Shown here piece after piece: positions 59,925-64,000 of a DNA stretch of 64,000 nucleotides. Numbering within the stretch: the first letter of the stretch is position 1; each line of letters opens with the position of its first letter. The stretch lies in assembly GCA_965243205.1 (NCBI GenBank), contig CBDEUK010000002.1:224001-288000 (forward strand). The letters are read 5' to 3'. The translations under genes were made by a program, and so were the position numbers. The notes beneath the pieces were generated by a model that had not been told where the DNA came from, searched no databases, and was given only the letters and a program-made list of their open reading frames with translations. Source of the stretch: Gammaproteobacteria bacterium. GTDB taxonomy: Bacteria > Pseudomonadota > Gammaproteobacteria > Eutrophobiales > Eutrophobiaceae.

Positions 59925-62900
59925 ATGCGCCTACGCAAGATTAAGTTATCCGGCTTTAAATCCTTTGTTGATCCAACCACCTTAACTGTCCCTGGACAAG
60001 TCGTAGGGATTGTTGGTCCTAACGGTTGTGGAAAGTCCAATATTATTGACGCCGTCACATGGGTGATGGGCGAGTCTTCTGCTAAGCACCTTCGTGGTGA
60101 TTCTCTGACCGATGTTATTTTCAATGGTAGTAACCAACGTCAGCCAGTTAGCCAGGCATCAGTTGAGTTAATTTTTGATAATACTGAAAAAAAATTGACT
60201 GGCGAATATGCAAGCTATAGCGAAATATCGGTTAAACGCCAAATTAATCGAGAAGCGGTTTCGACATATTACTTAAACGGCACTCGCTGTCGTCGTCGAG
60301 ATATTCAAGGAATATTTTTAGGTACTGGATTAGGTCCACGTGGTTATTCGATCATTGAACAAGGCACGATCTCACGTTTAATCGAAGCGAAACCTGAAGA
60401 GCTTAGAGGCTTTGTAGAGGAAGCGGCTGGTATTTCTAAATACAGAGAACGTCGTCGTGAGACCGAAAATCGTATTAAACATACCAAAGAAAATTTATCT
60501 AGAGTCAATGATATATATGAAGAGCTTGAGAAACAGCTTTCACATTTACAACGTCAAGCGAGAGCTGCTGAGCGTTACAAGGAACTCAAGTCAGAAGAAC
60601 GAAAATATCAAGCTGAACTGCTAGCACTGAATTGGCAAGAACTGAATAATAAAAATACCGAAGAACAAAAACAGATCGTAGATAGTGAAAATAAAGTTGA
60701 GCAAGCTATTGCGCAACTACGTGAACACGAAGCTGATTTAGAAAAACAACGTAGTGAATTGTCCAATGCGACAGAAAAACTGAGTGAACAACAATCAGTT
60801 TTTTATCAGGTGGGTTCAAATATTTCATCGATTGAACAAACTATTAAACACACAAATGAACGCATCGAAGCCAGCCAAAAAGATTTACAAGCGGCTGAGC
60901 AACAATCAACTGAAATTCAAGCGCAATTTAGCCAAGATAAACAACGCTTAACAGAATTAGGACAAGAAATTATATCTCTAGAGCCTAAGTTAAATGGTTC
61001 TCGTTCAGAAAGTGATAAAGCTTATGAAGGACTGAGTCTGGCTGAAAATGCCATGCAAAGTTGGCAAACTGAATGGGATAGTTTTCAACAGCAAGCGATT
61101 GATTGCGTGCAGACTCTCGAAGCCAGTAAATCTCGCAAAGAGTATTTAGAAACAAGTAAAGAAGAGCAAATCTATCGATTGCAATCGTTACAAGAAGAAT
61201 ACGATGGTATTGAACCTGCAAAATTAGAAGAGTCATTAGTTGAAAAGAAACAAGCAATAGAAACTGCTGTTGAAGAATTAGAAAATATTCAAGAGCAGTT
61301 AAATGCAGAACAAAAAAATCTTGAGCAGTTATTAGAGCAGCAACAATCGTTTAGTCGTGAACAAAACGAAAAACGCGAACAAAAACAAAAAGTCGCGGCA
61401 CGATTAGAAACGTTAAAAGCATTGCAAGAAAGCGCCTTAGGCGATGACGATAAAACAGTAGCTGATTGGTTAGAAAAAGCGGGATTAAATAATAACTCAC
61501 GTTTAGCTCAACAATTAAAAATCGATAGCGATTGGTCAGTGGCATTCGAAATTGTGTTAGCACAACACTTACAAGCGGTTTGTATTGATAACCTTAATAG
61601 TACCAGCATTCAATTAAATGACTTTGCTTCAGGCAAAGTTGAACTGATCGAAAACTATTCTACATATAATTCTAGCAGTACCAACGGTTGGCACTCATTA
61701 GCGGATAAAGTTATAGCTCCTGAAGCGGCAAAAAATTTGGTTGCAAATATTTGGATAGCAAATGATTTAACCACAGCATTAACTTTACGCGATCAACTTG
61801 AGCCAGGACATTCTATTGTAACAAAAGATGGTTTATGGATTGGCCAAAATTGGGTGCGTGTTGTCCGAGAAGGCGATACTGACAGCAGTATTATTACTCG
61901 CGAACAAAATATTAATGAATTAAATACTGAGTTATCTGGGTTAGAACAGCAGCTCCATTCGATTGATGCTTCTTTGGAAGATGCGAAAGAGAATATTTCT
62001 GAAAAAAATACGCTTATTAATTCTATTAAATCCAAACTCCAAGAACAGCAAACGACTGTATCTGAAAACAAAGGCCAGTTAGCCGCAGCTGAAAGTCAAT
62101 TAGAACAATTAACTCAAAGAGCTGAAAAGCTTAAAGAACAAATTGAAGAGCTGGAACGAAATCATGAACGTGATGCGGATGAATTAATTCGTATAGCTGC
62201 ACAATTAGTTGAGTCAGAAGAACTTAATATCAATATTGATTCTCAAAAATCCGAATTAGAAAGTTTGCGTGATAAACATCGTCAGTCTTTAGATAGTGCT
62301 AGAGAAATTTGGCAAAAGACTCACGAAGAAAGTCATTTAATTGCTTTACAACTAGAAGCAATAACCTCACAAAAAGCATCATTGGAACAAGCGATTAAAC
62401 GTAATGAAATGCAGATTGAGCATGTAACTCGTCGAAAACAAGAATTGGATCAATTAATTCAAGAGTCCTCAGCGCCTTTGGCCGAATTGCAAACTCAGTT
62501 AGAAACTAAACTGGCTGAAAAAGTAACTGCCGAAAAAGATCTCACTGAAGCGCGAACTGAAATGCAAAATATCGAAGCATCAATTCGTGAAACTGATGAA
62601 CAACGAGTGAAATCTGAACAAGCTGTTGCTGAACGCCGTGATGAATTAGAAAAAATTCGAATTAAAACGCATGAAACGAAAGTACGTTTACAAGGTATTG
62701 AAGAACAATTCGAATCCAGTGAAACAACTTTAGAAAATATTCTAGAAACATTAACCGAAGAAGCCAGCCAGCAAGAATGGGAAAAACATTTAGAATCACT
62801 GGCTAGGAAGATCCAAAGACTCGGCGCAATCAACCTAGCGGCAATTGATGAATTAGCTCAATTGTCAGAACGTCGCGAATATTTGGATAAACAACGTGCA

Positions 62901-63437
62901 GATTTAAATGAAGCACTGGAGACATTAGAAACAGCGATTCGTAAGATTGATCAAGAAACGAAAGAACGTTTCAAACAAACATTTGACCATTTAAATTCAA
63001 GTTTGAAAGAATTATTCCCACAAGTATTTGGTGGTGGTAGTGCTTATCTAGAATTAACCAGTCAAGACTTACTAGAAACAGGTATTACGATTATGGCGCG
63101 TCCACCGGGCAAACGTAATACAACCATCCATTTATTATCAGGTGGTGAAAAAGCATTAACGGCTGTTGCCTTGGTATTTTCTATATTCAAATTAAATCCA
63201 TCGCCATTTTGTATTTTGGATGAGGTTGATGCACCTTTAGATGATGCTAATGCGGCTCGTTTTAGCGAATTGGTTAAATCAATGTCGGATGATGTGCAGT
63301 TTATTGTGATTACACATAATAAAATTACCATGGAAATTGCTCAGCAATTATTAGGTGTAACAATGCATGAGCCAGGTGTTTCAAGACTAGTGACTGTAGA
63401 CGTAGATGCCGCAGTTGAAATGGCTGCGAGTGCTTAA
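59925..63437 (+). CDS. smc: chromosome segregation protein SMC
   Basis: GFKSF, GPNGCGKSN, hinge, LSGGEK and LDEVDA motifs; ATG 59925 is the likely start. Confidence 0.96.
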   Translation: MRLRKIKLSGFKSFVDPTTLTVPGQVVGIVGPNGCGKSNIIDAVTWVMGESSAKHLRGDSLTDVIFNGSNQRQPVSQASVELIFDNTEKKLTGEYASYSEISVKRQINREAVSTYYLNGTRCRRRDIQGIFLGTGLGPRGYSIIEQGTISRLIEAKPEELRGFVEEAAGISKYRERRRETENRIKHTKENLSRVNDIYEELEKQLSHLQRQARAAERYKELKSEERKYQAELLALNWQELNNKNTEEQKQIVDSENKVEQAIAQLREHEADLEKQRSELSNATEKLSEQQSVFYQVGSNISSIEQTIKHTNERIEASQKDLQAAEQQSTEIQAQFSQDKQRLTELGQEIISLEPKLNGSRSESDKAYEGLSLAENAMQSWQTEWDSFQQQAIDCVQTLEASKSRKEYLETSKEEQIYRLQSLQEEYDGIEPAKLEESLVEKKQAIETAVEELENIQEQLNAEQKNLEQLLEQQQSFSREQNEKREQKQKVAARLETLKALQESALGDDDKTVADWLEKAGLNNNSRLAQQLKIDSDWSVAFEIVLAQHLQAVCIDNLNSTSIQLNDFASGKVELIENYSTYNSSSTNGWHSLADKVIAPEAAKNLVANIWIANDLTTALTLRDQLEPGHSIVTKDGLWIGQNWVRVVREGDTDSSIITREQNINELNTELSGLEQQLHSIDASLEDAKENISEKNTLINSIKSKLQEQQTTVSENKGQLAAAESQLEQLTQRAEKLKEQIEELERNHERDADELIRIAAQLVESEELNINIDSQKSELESLRDKHRQSLDSAREIWQKTHEESHLIALQLEAITSQKASLEQAIKRNEMQIEHVTRRKQELDQLIQESSAPLAELQTQLETKLAEKVTAEKDLTEARTEMQNIEASIRETDEQRVKSEQAVAERRDELEKIRIKTHETKVRLQGIEEQFESSETTLENILETLTEEASQQEWEKHLESLARKIQRLGAINLAAIDELAQLSERREYLDKQRADLNEALETLETAIRKIDQETKERFKQTFDHLNSSLKELFPQVFGGGSAYLELTSQDLLETGITIMARPPGKRNTTIHLLSGGEKALTAVALVFSIFKLNPSPFCILDEVDAPLDDANAARFSELVKSMSDDVQFIVITHNKITMEIAQQLLGVTMHEPGVSRLVTVDVDAAVEMAASA

Positions 63438-63508
63438 ATAAGTTTTTTTGACGTTCTGACTTAAGTCCAGTATTTTAGAATCATTATTGTTTGAGGTAAT
63501 GTTTCTCC

Positions 63509-64000
63509 ATGGAAAATTTACGTTGGGTTCTATTAGGAATCGGCGCTTTATTAATCATCGGCATCTATCTCTGGGATTACTTTAATAAAAAGAATATTCC
63601 CAAACGCCGTTCTGAAGTTATTTTTAATGGCGATAATGATTCTGACTTGCCGATGACTCCCTACGATGATGAACCTCGCGATTATCTTGATGCCATTTCT
63701 GGACTAAATAAAGTATTAGATCACGATGAGCCTGAATCTAATTCAGTGCCAACTCAGATGGTAATTGATGATTTAGAGCCTGATATTGTTGATGAAAATT
63801 TTTCTAATACTGAAGCTCAAAAGAAAGAGCCTAAAATTCGTACTGTTATTCCACGATCAAAACCTGAAAAGCCCTATGATTTAGATAAAGAGTTTTTTGG
63901 TGATCCTATTGTTGATGATGTTGAATCCATTTCTACTGGTGAAGTTGTAGAGGATGAAAATGTTGAACAATCAATAGAAACTGAAGAGCCTGAACATAGT
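63509..64000 (+). CDS. zipA: cell division protein ZipA, 5' part (runs off the window)
   Basis: MENLRWVLLGIGALLIIGIYLW N-terminal TM then an acidic/Pro-rich linker; smc-zipA synteny. Confidence 0.75.
   Translation, partial: MENLRWVLLGIGALLIIGIYLWDYFNKKNIPKRRSEVIFNGDNDSDLPMTPYDDEPRDYLDAISGLNKVLDHDEPESNSVPTQMVIDDLEPDIVDENFSNTEAQKKEPKIRTVIPRSKPEKPYDLDKEFFGDPIVDDVESISTGEVVEDENVEQSIETEEPEHS

Noticed and set aside
183-63331. Numerous 60-110 aa ORFs nested in or antisense to long genes
   Set aside because: Shadow frames of well-supported CDSs, without motifs or ribosome-binding sites

Overview
AT-rich gammaproteobacterial chromosome segment. 1-10.3 kb: tetrahydromethanopterin/methylofuran-linked C1 (formaldehyde oxidation) island in the order mtdB-orfY-mch-orf5-orf7-fae-orf17-orf1-orf9-pabB-orf21, followed by an MCP. 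12-38 kb: class Ia nrdAB (NrdR, DnaA and CRP-like sites), aas, a phasin, yaaA, an uncharacterised operon (tandem DUF1538 membrane protein, multi-PII-like protein, J-J-Zn-PilZ protein), trhO, ettA, cysH and rapA. 38.3-42 kb: an integron cassette array not apparent from the ORF track. It has three intact and two decayed attC sites and an attI-like site, but no integrase; where intI would be expected lies a 250-bp non-coding segment with five TGTC(C/T) repeats in opposing orientations. 47-56 kb: a vitamin B12 capture/use island (SAH riboswitch-metH; cobalamin riboswitch-TonB receptor plus two exosortase-type anchored surface proteins; divergent BtuM-like transporter and PduO). The window ends with gluQ, dksA, cysZ, queF, smc and a partial zipA. 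All family assignments come from motif recognition by eye; no database search was run.
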